From positions 3,038,001 through 3,102,000 of the forward strand of contig NC_067398.1 of NCBI RefSeq assembly GCF_016432865.1: 64,000 nt of DNA, written 5' to 3'. A program made the position numbers and the translations under genes. The notes beneath the pieces were generated by a model. It saw nothing but the letters and a program-made list of their open reading frames with translations. It had not been told where the DNA came from and did not search any database. Shown here in pieces: positions 1 to 13,335 of the stretch. Origin of the DNA: Antechinus flavipes (lineage: Eukaryota). How positions within the stretch are numbered: the first letter of the stretch is position 1; each line of letters begins with the position of its first letter.

Positions 1-95
1 TCCATCCACCTACCCATGCATCCATCCATTCACCCACCCATCCATCTTTCCACCCAACCATTCAACATCCACCCATCCATCCATCCATCCATTCA
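1..95. repeat. imperfect (CCAT)n/(CCAC)n tetranucleotide repeat
   Basis: Repeated ccat/ccac units read directly at the window start. Confidence 0.8.
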
Positions 96-2639
96 CATAC
101 ACACTGACTCCTTCTCAGAGTTTCAAGTGCTTTTCATCATCATGATGAATAAACAGGTTTGTTTAGGTGACTAATATCTATGAAAAACCCAGTGGCTGCC
201 CCAGCAGGGAACAACAGAGGAGGCCAGTTGAGAACCCTCTAGTCTAAACCAGACCAAAAAGGAACCCCCCCATAATACCCCGGCCAAAATGGGTGTCTTT
301 GGAGAAAGGAGCCCCCTCCAAAAAGCTCAGGACCATCTGGAAAGCTCTCAGGGTCCAAAGTATCCCCCAATTTGCATATTTGTAACCGCCCCCCTTCCCA
401 TTACCCCTAGTTCTGCCTCTGGGTCCAACAGAATACTTGGATCCGTCTTCCCTAGGGTGGCCCTTCAGAATCTTTAAACTTGTCTCATTCAATCAGCTCG
501 CAATCTATCTAGTCCCATTATCATCCAGTTCTCTTCTTTGCATCTCTTTCCCAAGAAGGCACCAGAGGCTTAGTGAAACGAAGGCAGGATGGCTGGAGAT
601 GGTCTGAGGCGCCCCGAGGGGGGGGGGCTCACATCTATCGGGGCCTCTGGGTCTCGGTTTCCTTCTCGGGATAGTAAGTGGGCAGGTCTAGACGAAGCAT
701 TCTTTGCCGTGCTTGTGTCTCGGGCCCCCTCGGTTGCCGGTGAAGCCCGCGGCCCCCCAGCTCAGAATGATTTTTGTTGGCTGCATTCATAAGCGGGGCA
801 AGGAGGAGCATGGAGATGAGACGGAGCTAGGTCTGGGGCCCGGAGGATCCGGACTCAGACAAGGTCCTGCTCCGTGACCTCGTTCACCTATGCTTCTCCA
901 GCTGCCAGATGGGTAATTACATAGCACCATCTCCCAGGGTGGTTGTGGGGACGGAGTGAGGTAATCACCACAAAGAGCTTCGCACAAAGTTTGGCACACA
1001 GTAGGTGCTATGTAAATTATGAATTACTCTTACTGTGGCTGGGAGTCTTTAAAGAGTGTTCAGAGCAAGGACCCCAAGGGCACGATGGATGTTCAGTCCC
1101 CCAACCCGTGGCCCGGAGGGTCTCCCTTCCCGGGGCTTCTAAGGGCGTAGGGTTCGCTTCCCCGGGAGCAGACAACCACTGGAGCCCGTGATTGGGAGCG
1201 AGCCGGTTTTCCAGCCACTTTCCCGCCCGATTAGCATCCCCTCGGTGGAAGGCTGCGCTTTCCCGTTGCTGGTTTTGCTGTACACCCACATTATTTTTTA
1301 ATGATGAAATCTGGGACTCCAGCTTGGCTTCCATTTTTGGCAGTTCCCCGTCGCTGAAACACTGACAGCCGAGTGGGGCCAGGGACAGCGTGCCAGGCCG
1401 ACATGCTTAGGCAGCACTGCGGGTGCCAGGCAGGAACCCTTTCTCCAAAAGACATTCCTTCTTCTCCCTTTTATGTCCCTCCAACCAGGCTGAGCAGAGC
1501 AAAGCAGGCACAGGACATCATGTGCAAACTGGCCCGGGACCAGAAACGTATCCGGGGCCCAGAGAGTCACAGCAATCTCTAATAAGCATCTGGGAAGGTG
1601 AGGGAGGGCCACAAAACCCTCCGCTGAGCCTGCTTTCAGGCGGCCCCTCCCTGCCCTTCCACAGCGGGCTTTCACGCAGAGGCTTATCGACAAGAGGCAC
1701 AGACTCGTTAGCGAGCGGCTTCTGGGCTGTCCCGGAGCCGAAAAGGGGAGAAAGACGCAGGGGTGTGGATGCTCTTGGCCGACAGATGCGGGGCTAGAGG
1801 GTTAACCTCTGAGTAATTCTGCATTTGCTGAGCTCATTAGTGGTAACTCAACCCCAGGAGGATGGCCAAGGAATGGAGCGAGCTCAGTGATCAAAAGGCC
1901 CGTGCGGCCTCGGGAGAGCCCCGGCAGCAGCGGGAGGGTGGCTGCGGACCCCAAAAATCAAGGTGCGGCAACAAGGAAAGTCACAGACCCCATGGGCCCC
2001 CAAAGCGCCTTCTGTTGTCCTCGGGCGGCTGAGCTTCCTGAGCATTTGCTGCCCGGGGTCCTGGTGGGGAGTCTCGCCGCTCCGGAATGACGGATGGGGG
2101 CCAATGCTAATGCAGCCTCGAAATCCGACCAAGTCTTTCCCAATCTGTGGCTTCTCGAGAAGCCATTTCAGTAGTCTGTAGAGGACTGGGAAGGGCCTCC
2201 CCCACTCACATAAGCCCAGCGGCTCCTCAGCCCGGGGCGATGGGGCCCCACCGGCTCTGAGGCTGTTGGACATGGCCCCTCTCCGGGAGGCCAAAGGAGC
2301 CATCCCCCCTTTCCACGCTCCATCTCCCAGCTCCATGGCAGGCCTGCAGCAGCCCCTCTCGGCAGCCCCCCTTCCCTTCCCCCCCCCCCCCCCCGCCCGG
2401 AGCTCTCAAACACTCCAGCCCCTTCTAGGTAACCCTGCCGGCGCCCTCCTTCCGCCCTGTGCATTTATTTGTCCATATGTATTCCCTTTAACTGACTGTG
2501 ATAGACACCATTAAAGGTGTTTGTCTTCTCCCAAAGAACCCGCTCCTTGGGGGTGGGAGACATTCCCTTCTTCCCTCACAGGGAATTCCCATTCTCAAGG
2601 AGAAGACAAATTAAAAATAGTGGGGGGAGGAGAGGGGGG

Positions 2640-3320
2640 ACAAGTTTGTTGTCGAGAGCTAACCTGCAGTCGCTCGCTGTGGCTCTCCCTGCTGGGAGGA
2701 TTCTCCTGGCTCTGCTCCCTGCACTTTGCAGCCGGGCGTGCGTGTCAATCTCTCCAGGCTCCTCCGCAGCCTCGCACGCTGCTTCTCCCAGCACGGGCAG
2801 ACTCCATCACGCTCCCAGATGGCGGATTGTTCAGCCATCACCCAACTGAGATTCCAGTTCCAGCTCCAACAACCAACACCGCTGGAATTATTGCGGTGGA
2901 GACAAAGGTCCAGGCCCGGCAGGGGAATCTCTGCGTCCAAGGGAATGGACCTTTCACCTTACTTGCCTAACTCCAAAGTGTTTTGGAATGGTTGTGCTCC
3001 TTCACAGCTTCACCAACAATGCACCGGCGTCCCTCTCTTTCCACAGGTGCGCTAAGGCCGACTGTTCCCAGTTTAGTCACTGCCGGTCTGCAGGGGGTGA
3101 CAGGAAACTTCCGGGTGGCTCTGATTTGTGTTTCCCTCCTTAGGAGCGATCCGAAGCCTTCTTTCAGGGGGCTGTTAACAGACGGCGACTGCCCTGCTCT
3201 TCGAAGCCTTTCAATGCTTTCCTCCTGGAGAGCGCCATTTCTATCTCTGTTCTTCGTCTCCATTACCTTAGATACCAAACCTTTAGTGGATATGTTTGCT
3301 ACAAAGATTATTTTTTGACC
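2640..3320 (-). mobile_element. degraded LINE-1 ORF2 3' end relic
   Basis: The minus strand has blocks such as tgcattgttggtgaagctgtgaa...caaccattcc, gatggctgaacaa...gtgatgga and gcaaagtgcagggagcagagccaggagaa. These are collinear with the L1 ORF2 C-terminal region as I recall it. No intact ORF. Confidence 0.65.
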
Positions 3321-4278
3321 AGCTGACTGCTTCCCTTAGCCAAGGCGTGGTCATGTTGTGGGACCGCTTTAACCTCGGTCATTATCCTGTGTTAACTATG
3401 GCCGAGCCGGAGGACCCCAGGGCATTTTCAATTAGTAACATAATTTTTGGTATCTCTGAGGTGCCAGGCGCTGCTCTAGGCCCCTGAGAGGCGTGGCTAC
3501 AAGCTTCAAGGACACAGCCCAAATTGAGATTTGATGGCCAGGAAAAGCAGCCTAGCATTCCCGGGATAGTGATATTGGGTTCTGGTGGACGGTCACCCCC
3601 TTTCCAACAGTAATAGAAATAGCCATTTGGCCACTTTCCACCATTTTTTCACTCCAGAATATACCCACTCGTCCCTCATTCGTGTAAAAATTAAAGACCT
3701 GGGTCTTGGCTATCCTGCCGGACCCCCCTCAGGGGGCTCCCTGAGGGGAACAGGGTGAGTGGCCAGAGGAAGGAGAAGCAAAAATGAGCCGCAGGGACGC
3801 TCTGTCTGGGCGGTCACACCTATCCTTGAACAAGAAACCCCTTTAGACTGCTCCAGATCCCCAGTTAACCAGTCGTGAGGAAAGACAACAGGAGACGGGG
3901 GATCCCCAAAAGGCAGAGTCGCTTTTCCTTCGGGGGTCCTGAGCCCCGGGTGGTTGTAGAGGGGATGCTCTCCCGGTGGGAAGGTTTCCCTTCCCCGAAG
4001 GCTCGGCTGCCCTGCAGTTTTCCGACGCTGCTTTTTATTCCAGTCTCTAGGGAAGTCCCTCTAGTCCTAGATGTCATCTTTGCCAAGAGTTTCAAGTGAG
4101 GGACAGAGGGTGCAGCCTGATGGTCTTACAGGCCATCTCCAGACAAGGGGACCGACTGCTGGTGATCTGAAAAGCCAGATGAAGGCCGTGGGCTCTGAAA
4201 TCCCCTTAAACTTCAGACCGGACCTTGGATGCCCAGACCCCCCGCCTGATAACGGGCCCTTCTGCTTCCTTCTTCCAG

Positions 4279-4492
4279 GGCCTCATGCTAAACAACAACA
4301 AGTTAACCAAGATCCACCCCAAAGCCTTTCTGCCCGTCAAGAAGCTTCGAAGGCTCTACCTGTCCCACAACCTGCTCACCGAGATTCCCATAAACCTTCC
4401 CAAGTCATTGGCAGAACTCAGGATTCACGACAACAAAGTTAAGAAAATACAAAAGGGGACGTTCAAAGGAATGAATGCTTTACACGTCTTGG
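4279..4492 (+). CDS. ASPN: asporin internal coding exon (first ASPN exon in the window; upstream exons lie outside)
   Basis: ttccAG|GGC...TTG G|GTAAGT, 214 nt, phase 0/1. Encodes GLMLNNNKLTKIHPKAFL...KGMNALHVL, matching recalled asporin LRRs. Confidence 0.96.
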
Positions 4493-6257
4493 GTAAGTTC
4501 TTCCATATGTGAAAGAAACTCTTTAACTGTTACCAAATGTCAGATTCTTGACTTCGAAAATGGTCAAACGGGTGCCCAGACTGGTGTTTTTTATGGAAGA
4601 GACACTTTCTTCCAGTGATAAAGCAAGCTGATTAGGGCCAGCATTTTAAGCCCGGGGATCTGATGGACTTCTGATCCAAACAATAAGCGCCCGATTTTAT
4701 AGCCTCCAAAATCCCGCGAGGCTGGACAGCTTTCTCAGGGAACCTGAGGGAGACGCAGAACCCAGTGACAGTAAGAGCAGACTGGAGGGGCGGAAGGTGC
4801 CCAGGGCCCTTCATTCTCCACCAGACTTATCTCCAGCTTAATCGAACCACAAGCATCCAGCCATTTCTGGCTGCAGAGGAGAAGCCTGTAAAACGACCAA
4901 GGGCCTCCACCTTAAGTCGAGCAAGTTCTGCTTGTTTTTTTAAGGCAGAGTGAAAGGGAAAATGTCTGGAATCCATTTCCTAGACTGTTTATCTAATTTG
5001 TGAGAAAAAATTTGCTTATCCATGAATTAATTCAAAAAATATTTGCAGAGTAAAAAACAAATACAGAAACTTATTTGCAAAATACATCTGACTACTGGTT
5101 ATTTGTGCTTGTGCATTTGGGGCATCGCGCTTAAGCGTAGCCATGTGGCCACCCCCTCGTCCCTGGCTGCACATCAGGACCTGGCCGGGACCTCAGACGG
5201 GCCCCTCGCTTACTGGCATACAGAGGCATTGTTTAAAAAATCTGTTGCCTTTTTGTTGATGAAGATGAGGGTGGGAACTGACATCCTATCCCGAGCATCA
5301 AGTACACAGCAGGTGCTTAATCAAGGCTTGCTGATTGACCAGTAGCGGCTCTAAAGTCTGTAAAATTCTCCCTCCCCCTTATTTACATCACCAGTTGGAG
5401 CTCAGCTGCCAGGCCGAGCAGAATGCCTGTGGGAAAATCTCCTGGATCCTATTTTTACAAGCTCTCTCTAATTTTCATTGGAAAAGCATCGGGCCCCCTC
5501 TCAGACCCCAGGTTTGTGCTGCTCAGGATCAATGACTCGCACATTTCGGCTTATAGAACAAGGCTGGTGGTGACAGCCCTGGCAAAGATCGCCAAAACAA
5601 GATAGGGAATACCAGCATCGCCCAAGAGGCCGCTGGGCAGGCTGCGCTCGGGCCCCTCGGCCCTGGGCACCGGCCTGGCCCTTGGCGGTTCCACGCCCGG
5701 GCAGTGAGCCTGCACTTCAAGTGCTCGTTTTTAAGATTTTCATGTCAGTCAATCAACACGCATTTAATAAGCTCTTACCGCGGCCAGGCCCTGTGCCAGG
5801 GGCGAAGGAGGCAAAGGCGGGTCTCTGCTCTCCAGGTGCCCCAGGTGAATGGGGAGTACATTTTAAACCTGGTCCTGGGCTCAAAGATGCCATTAGCTCC
5901 ATTTGACAGATGAGGAGGGTCAGGGATTTATTTGCCCAAGGCTTCAGTACAGAAGAATCAAAGGCAGGCCAGAGCAGCCCCTTCCTCATCCCTAAAGGTA
6001 CACAATGGCATAAAGGCCCGGCTGCCAGCACTGCTCTCCGAGCCTGCATCAGAGCCCGAAGGACCATGGGAGAAGACGGTGTGGGGCAGAAGTCCCGAGG
6101 ACCGGGTCTGGGGCGTCTGAGCTGCCCCTGTGGGCCTCCCTGGCCAGGCTCGGGGAAGCCGGCCGAGTGGCCAGCAGAAGGGGCTCTGACGTGGGCCGGG
6201 GGGAGACCGGGGGCTCCCCTCCCAATTTCTGTTAATGAGGTGCTTTCTGCTTCCTAG

Positions 6258-6368
6258 AAATGAGCGCCAACCCGCTGGAGAACGACGGAATCGATCCCGC
6301 AGCCTTTGAAGGAGTGACGGTCTTTCACATCCGAATTGCGGACGCGAAGCTGACCTCCGTCCCCAAAG
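6258..6368 (+). CDS. ASPN: asporin coding exon
   Basis: ttcctAG|AA ATG AGC...AAA G|GTGCGT, 111 nt. Encodes EMSANPLENDGIDPAAFEGVTVFHIRIADAKLTSVPK. Confidence 0.96.
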
Positions 6369-9300
6369 GTGCGTGCGGGCCATCTCACGCGCCGCCGATG
6401 CGTCCGGGAGGACCTGGGGCGGCCGCCAGCACGGGCACCCGCTCAGTGCCCAGCCTGTGTGAGGGAGGGACCGGGGGGTATGAGAGGAGGCAGAAGCAAA
6501 GGCTGCTCTTGCTGGAGGCCAAGGGGAGCCTCTGGCCTCCACGCTGGCTGGGGAGACCTCAGGGCTTCATGAGAGAAGAGGGCTGGCCAAGAGGGGCTAT
6601 CAGCAGCCGGGCTCCTGCTGGACTCAGAGCAGAGAGGCCCAGGAGGCCCCAAGGCCGATCTGGGCTTGGGGCTCGACTGTAGGGTCTGCCCCAAAGGAGC
6701 CTTTTCTTTCCCCCCTTGGTGAGTTTACTTAGGAAGCTCTTCCCAGGTAAGTCCCAGGTAACGTGTGCTTCAGTCGTTTCAGCCGGGTCCGACTGCGACC
6801 CCCTGGGGGGTTTTCTCGGCAGATAGCGGCGTGGTTGGCCATTCCCTACTCGGGCTCATTTTACAGATGAGGAAACTGAGGCACACAGACCAAGTCCCAG
6901 CATCCCCCTCCACTGACCGTCTGATGCCCGAGAAATGTCACAAATGCTCCTCCAGCAGGGACCTCAGTTTCCAGTTTCCAGTTAACCAATGAGCAGGGGA
7001 CAAAAATGCAAAAATAGAGGGCTTCACAAGGCCTAGAAACAGACACAGAAAATGCCGAAGCCGCCCACGTTCCCCGGGAAGGAAGCCGCCGGTCCGGGAG
7101 CCAGCGCGGTTGGGTTCAGGAGCCAGGGCCGCAGAACTGCCCCCTGGCTGTGACTCCCTCCCCCCACTCCGCGCCTTTCTCCTCCAGCGTCCAAGGTGAC
7201 TCTGAATTGAAGGTTTCTTTTTCCCATTTATGGGAAAGCTTTGAAGGCGATGTCAGAAGTCTGGCGGGAAAGGCCGGGCCATTGACCCAAGCTCTGCCTG
7301 AAGCTCTTCGGGCCGGGCTCAGAAAGCTCTGGAAGCTCGCTGACGCCTCCCTGACGGTGACAGGCTCAAGGAGAGCCATGGGGGCTCTGGGGTTCCGCCC
7401 CCCCCCAACCCCCCCGAAAGTGCAGGGACCGGATTCCCCTTCTGAGCTTTGGGGCAGTCTGGCACCAGAACAAGCTGAAGGGCGGGGCTGCCACACTCAG
7501 GGAGAGCCCCCCCCCCAGACCTCCTGCACACTCACACACACTCACACACTCCCCAGTTTTTCCAAGGACTTCTAGGCAGCTGTGACAATTCCTGAGGCAT
7601 GGGTGCCCGGGGACAGCCTTGGGGGCTGCCAGCCTCAGAGACCCTGGGGAGCTGCAGGAGCCCCGTGGCTTCTGGGAGCCTCCACTGCTACTGAGCCCTC
7701 TGCCAGTGGGGCTGGAGATCAAGAGCAAGGGATTCTTAACCATCCGGTCGATAGGCAATGATTAAGCGCCTGCTGTATGCCACAGATTCTGCTAATGCTA
7801 GGGACGCTCCCGGCCCTGTCCCAGCCCAGGGGGAAGGCGCAAGGTCCCTGCAGAGCAGCCGGGGAGACCTGGGGCTGCTCCCCAGCCGAGCAGAGCTGTT
7901 TCACTCTGACCATCATGCTACGAGAGCTTTACCATCTGTGGCTTTTTACACTCGTTTTTTCCATGGAATTTTCCAACACTAACGAGACCCCCCAGTCAGC
8001 GGGACAGAGCTGATGGGAACTGGCCGGCAGCTAGACGCAGAAGGCCGCCATCCTTGTTTCTGGAACACGCCTGGGCGGTAAAACCCAAACGAGACACTCT
8101 GGACACTTGATGGCTTTTCCAGCCTCCAGCCCACAGCCACAAGCCCCGTTCCTGGCGAGGGCCGAGCCCCGACGCTGTTCAGCAGAACAGACGCTCCAGA
8201 CCTTCCAAACTCCCCCCCCCGGCGCATCTGCGGGCAGAAGGAGCCACGGGGCCCCCTGGGCCGGGGCCGAGGCTGCGCTCTGGAGATCTCGTCAGAAACA
8301 GCGCTACGGGCTAACCCGGGAGACCGCCCTGCGCCCGCGCTTCCAAGACCACCCGCCGCGGCTTGGTTTTTAAGAAGGGAGCAGCCTCGGGGGCGGGCGC
8401 TGCCGGGCCCCCCACAGGGCCAAACGCCGACTTAAGGAGGCATCCCCAGGCTCTGGGCGCCAATGACCCCGCCAGGATCCTTCGTGCTCCACAGGGCTCC
8501 CCGAGCCCAACTTCTCTCAGGACTTTCCCTCCTCCCCCAGGCCCAGGAGGGAAGGGCCCCAAAGAAACGGGTAACGGTGACGGCAAGGCGCGCCCACCGA
8601 GGTTTTACTAAGTGCTAGACCAGCCCTGGGGAGGCAGAGGGAGGCAGCGACAAGCCTCCGGAGAGGCAGGACCGGAGAGCCCAAAGGCAGGAAAGCAAGG
8701 CACGGGAAGGACATGGATCTGGTCCCCGCCCCTGGCCCCCCCAGGGATCGGGAAGTGGGGGCCGCCGGGGCCACAGCCAGCAAGGGGGACGGACCAGTGG
8801 AAGGGCCCGGGAGAGGCTTTTATCTGACGGGTGACTGGGAGCTTTCTGATGCAGGAGTGACTGGGAGAGCTGAAGTCTGCAGCTGAATCTCGCAGGGCCT
8901 CCCCCTAAAATTCAGCGCTCGCATGCCTCGCGCTCTCATGGGATGGCGGGGGGGGGCACTTCAGGGCCACTTTGGCCTCCAGCAACAAGGAGGAAGCCAC
9001 GTTTATGGAGCCCCTGTTATGTGCCAGGCCCTGGGCCGAGCCCTTGCAAACAGAGCCTCAGATGAGCTTCAAACCCCGCTGGAAGGGAGGGTTAGGGTGA
9101 GAAAATGGAGGCAGCGGGGGATGACCGGCCCAGCTGCCTGGGAGCCGGGTCTCACTGGCCGGACAGAGGAACGCCCCCACTGGCGCGCTCTCGCCGGGAC
9201 GGGCGGCGCCCATCAACCAATCCCACCTTAGCTTTTCCCGCATTTCACTGAGATCTCCGCTCCCCAGTGTCTCTGCCAAGAAATCCCCAAGGGGGTCCTG

Positions 9301-10114
9301 GAGCGTCAGACATGACGCACCTCCCGCCATCAGAGGCGGGGGTTGGGGCGACGGACACAAGAAAGGCTCAGCCTTATAACCAAGCCGATGACCCAGAGTC
9401 AGGGGCTCTGGGGAACTGTGCTCATCCCGCCACCCGGAGGGAAATCCCAGGGCCCGAACAAAGAACGCCTCAAATGCCAGGCAGAGACCTCCCTCCCTCA
9501 CCGGCCCCTCCTGCCTTTAAAACACGAGAAGGTCTCCAGGCCTTTCAATCAGGAACAGCCCCCCCGGCACAAGCCCTAGGACTCGGGCCATCTCCTTGTT
9601 CCTGACGCAGCTCTGGGGGTTCCCGACACTAAGAACCACCATTTCTCACGGGGCCCCAGCCAGGGCCTTGCCCACGATGCCCCAGTTCCAGACAGGCGTG
9701 AGTAGAACAATCATGCTCTGAAACTGTTGCAGAGGGGTCCCAGCAGGCACCGCGGCCGGGGGTCGGCGAGTATGGGGCTCGGGCCCAGCCCCGGGGCGGC
9801 GTGGCCCGACCCCGCCAGAGCAAAAGGGGGACCCACTCACAGAACAGAACCGAGGCCCTGGGACCCTTCCTAGCTTCCATCCCTCGAATCTGCCTTTCCC
9901 AGCACAGCGGGGCCAGATGCTCAGAGTCCCCACCATCAATCCTCTTTCAGTCGTGCTCGTCTTCAACATTCAGAGCAAGCGGGCTCTGCCATCCCTAACG
10001 CGACCCTCTGTGTGCCCCGGTCCCTTCTCCCCCCCTCCCCCCAGCGGGGCTCCTGGGCACTGAGGTGATGGCACGGTGCATCCGGAAGCTCCGCGGCCTC
10101 CCACCTGTGCCAGC

Positions 10115-10235
10115 TGGGTGAGCCTGGGCAAGTCACTTAACTCTGTCCAAGCAACCGCGTGGGGTTGTTGTGAGAATCAAAGGCGATCATATTTGCCAAG
10201 CGTTCTGGAAATCTTAAGATTCTATATCAATGCTC
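10115..10235 (+). mobile_element. MIR/CORE-SINE fragment
   Basis: gggcaagtcacttaac...gttgttgtgagaatcaaa...gatcatatttg matches MIR core and tail. Other MIR cores (ttttacagatgaggaaactgagg type) occur near 6855, 13905, 16140, 31130, 44570 and 46615. Confidence 0.65.
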
Positions 10236-10466
10236 TCGTCGGTACTATCGCCTTCCTCCTCCTCCTCCTCTTCTTCCTTTTCCTCATCTTCCTCATCACA
10301 GAATGGGAGATCTGGGAGGTCGTAGTCCTAGGCATAAGGGAGGCCGAGGGACAGCAAAGGCAAAGAGGTGGGAGGAGCAGCTGGGGGGCTTTCCAAAGGG
10401 AAAGGGGGGGTGTGAGCCCCCAACCCCAGGCTCGGACCCAGGGCCCTTCTCCTTCCTCCTCAATAG

Positions 10467-10560
10467 GCCTCCCGTCCTCTCTGCTGGAGCTGCACTTGGA
10501 CGACAACAAAATCTCCACCGTGGAGCTGGAGGATTTTAAGCGGTACAAAGACCTCCAAAG
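10467..10560 (+). CDS. ASPN: asporin coding exon
   Basis: caatAG|GC CTC...CAA AG|GTAAAA, 94 nt. Encodes GLPSSLLELHLDDNKISTVELEDFKRYKDLQR. Confidence 0.96.
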
Positions 10561-10891
10561 GTAAAAGCCCCAGTGAGGCGAGACTCGGGAAGCGGAAGAG
10601 CCCGCCAGATGCCCACCCGGGGACAGCGGGGCCCCTCTGGCTGGCTTGGGGCTGCTGGGAAGGGGTGGGCGTTCCCTGCAGCGCCGGGTGGAAGACGCAG
10701 TGGGGGAGGGAGGTGCTCATGGCGTGGGCCCCGTCCGAGGGAGACTTTGCCCACAGTTAGGGCCGGTAGACACCAAAAGGAAATGCTTATTCAGGTGAGG
10801 AAAAGATGTCACTGAAGGTTCGGTGATGGCCCGGAAAAGCCACGCGTTTGGCTAACCCAGAGCGCCGCCATGTTTCTGTCCTCCCTTTCAG

Positions 10892-11030
10892 GCTGGGCCT
10901 CGGGAATAACAAGATCAAGGACATCGAGAATGGCAGTCTGGCCAACATCCCGCACGTGAGGGAAATCCACTTGGAGAAAAACAAGCTGAAAAAGGTGCCC
11001 CCCGGCCTACAGGACCTGAAATACCTCCAG
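10892..11030 (+). CDS. ASPN: asporin coding exon
   Basis: tttcAG|G CTG...CTC CAG|GTGAGG, 139 nt. Encodes [20 protein letters not shown]...LKYLQ. Confidence 0.96.
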
Positions 11031-11656
11031 GTGAGGCTGGCCAACGGGGAGCCACCGCCACGGCCCCTCCCTCCCTGCCACGGCCCCCTCTCTGTCCCTG
11101 CCACAGTCACTGCCACAGCCCCCTCCCTCCCTGCCCCAGATAGCCCCGAGGGCGGCCATGTTCTGTGGCTCTCAGAATCAGGCTCTTTATAATAGCATGG
11201 AATAAACCCTCCGGGATTCCAAAGGGAACCAATTCTAGTGAAATACAATGATCAGAATATGAGGGGGCTCATGCTGCCCTTGTGGAGAGCCCCCAGTCTC
11301 CCCCAGACCCCCGAGGTCCTGCCCATAGAGCAGAATCTAGGAGCCTCAGCGGCAGCTCTTCCCCCCCCAGCCCAGTGACCTAATCCTCCCTCGAGGCTGG
11401 CTGAGTGTCCTCTGAACCAAAGAGGGTGCTGGTGGTGAGCTTCAGTCACCATCCGCTGCCTGTTCAGGGAGCCCATGAGGCCCTCCCGGGCCCACAGCAC
11501 AATCAGGGTGCTCAGGCCTCCCGCCTGTGCCCCCCTCTCCGGCTCTCCCTCCTCCCTCCCGTCTCAGCTCTGGGAGCCTCCCGGACACGGGGGCCTTCCT
11601 GCTGCTTCTCCCCCCCCCCCCAATCTATCTCTGAGCCGTCTTCTTGTTCGGAACAG

Positions 11657-11854
11657 GTGATCTTCCTCCATCACAACAACATCACCAGAGTCGGGGTCAA
11701 TGACTTCTGCCCCACAGTCGCGAAGAAGAAGAAATCCTTATACAGCGCCATCAGTCTATTCAATAACCCCGTGAAATACTGGGAGCTGCAGCCGGCCACC
11801 TTCCGCTGCGTCTTAAGCCGAATGAGCGTCCAGCTCGGGAACTTCCGGAAGTAG
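11657..11854 (+). CDS. ASPN: asporin terminal coding exon
   Basis: gaacAG|GTG ATC...AAG TAG, 198 nt. Encodes [19 protein letters not shown]...[18 protein letters not shown], with the class I SLRP C-terminal cysteine pair. Confidence 0.96.
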   Translation: MIFLHHNNITRVGVNDFCPTVAKKKKSLYSAISLFNNPVKYWELQPATFRCVLSRMSVQLGNFRK

Positions 11855-12896
11855 GGCCCGGGAAGGAACCCGCCGACACCCACGGGCCTCTAGGGAAACC
11901 TCTCAGGATACTTGAAGTCTGTTAAGGTCGGACAAGTCTCAGCCCGAGTTCAGCTTACAAAACAGCTCTCTTTGATTGGACGTTGTAAACACGGCACGTG
12001 ATTGGACGAGTCCTGTCCTTAATTGACAAAAACCAAGGCAGAATTTCCAAAGTCGGTAGGGACCCAGAGCTATAGAGCTTAGCTTCTTTTTCCCGAGATA
12101 ATGTCAGATGACACGGTTCCTAATTTTTTTTTTTTTTTTTACTAAAAATGCAAGATTAATAGGCCAAACTTTTGCCCTTATGCCTTTTTACTAACCATTC
12201 TGAATAGGAGAATGATGCCTGTGGGATACTGAGTTCCGCAGAGATCGATTCACGGTCACAAAAACCGACCCGACAAGAACGACGACGTCGGGGCGATGAC
12301 CCGGCCTGGGCCTCGTTCTGTCCCTGAGGAATCGGGCAGTACTGTAACGCAGTCCTTCTGGGGCCTGAGCAGGCCTGGAGAATAGGGAGAGGAACTCCTC
12401 CCGGGCTCCAGGTGGGGCGCCCCAGAGGCCCAGCTCAGTCACTGCCCCGCGGTTCCCGACGGGCTCCAAGCGAGGACGTTTGCCTTTCGCGTAATCACAG
12501 AACCTACGTAGAAAACTATATCTGTAGTGAGTTAGTGAGCTTCTATTAGCCAAACCTATAATCGCCTGCTCCATTATATATCTCTCTGTGCTTCTCATGT
12601 CATATCGCTAGACCATGTGCAATTACACAGTGTAACCTCACTACCCGGGGCCTCTTGGGGGGTCACGGAGCCCCCCTTCGGGACCATCTCTTCCTGGCAA
12701 CCAAAGCTTGCCTGCAGGCCGCTCAAACTGGGTAGCATTACGAGATATTGTTCTAAGAGATCTGTAGCTTCTGTAAAATATACAAATATTTAAAGTTTTG
12801 TATAAAACCGAGGGATATTGTCTGTATCTCCTTACCTCCATATTTATTGGTAGCAGCCCAGCTAAGTTAAGTCAAATTTGAGAATAAGAATACATT

Positions 12897-12902
12897 ATTA
12901 AA
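12897..12902 (+). terminator. candidate ASPN polyadenylation signal (ATTAAA)
   Basis: ATTAAA about 1 kb after the stop codon, followed by T/GT-rich sequence. Position is inferred only. Confidence 0.35.
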
Positions 12903-13159
12903 CGGGTTTGATTCATATCCAATTTTATCGTCTGATGTCAAGATTTTTTTTTCCATTTTGCCCAGAATGCCAGAAGACATTTTACAAACAGCTTAATTAA
13001 GACACATCGGAGGTTGAATGATGGTAGGGGGCCTCCTCAGACACGAGTGACAGGGCCCCCCTCCCCCAACCCGCCAAGGTGGCAGCAGGTAGGGCCGACA
13101 AGGTGGCCCCTCGGGGGCTGTGGAGGACCCCCTGGGGAGGAAAGGCGCCCCCAAGGCAG

Positions 13160-13335
13160 AATCACACACTCGTAACATATGCACGTGATTTACACATGCC
13201 AGGCGCAAAATGTCAGCTGTAGGTACCACGAGTGTCCCGTACCATGACACGCAGTGCACGGTGTACGGTACGTGGCACCCCGTGTGTAATGCGCGTCACA
13301 CATGTCACCATGTTCACCCACACGTGTGCTGTGCT
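13160..13335. repeat. alternating purine/pyrimidine (CA/TG/CG)-rich low-complexity tract
   Basis: Sequence such as cacacactcgtaacatatgcacgtg...gcgcgtcacacatgtc...cacacgtgtgc. Confidence 0.55.

Noticed and set aside
1-4278. The preceding ASPN exon (GLTSVP...DFKGLTSLY)
   Set aside because: I searched for this peptide with matching splice phase and did not find it, so it is presumably upstream of the window.
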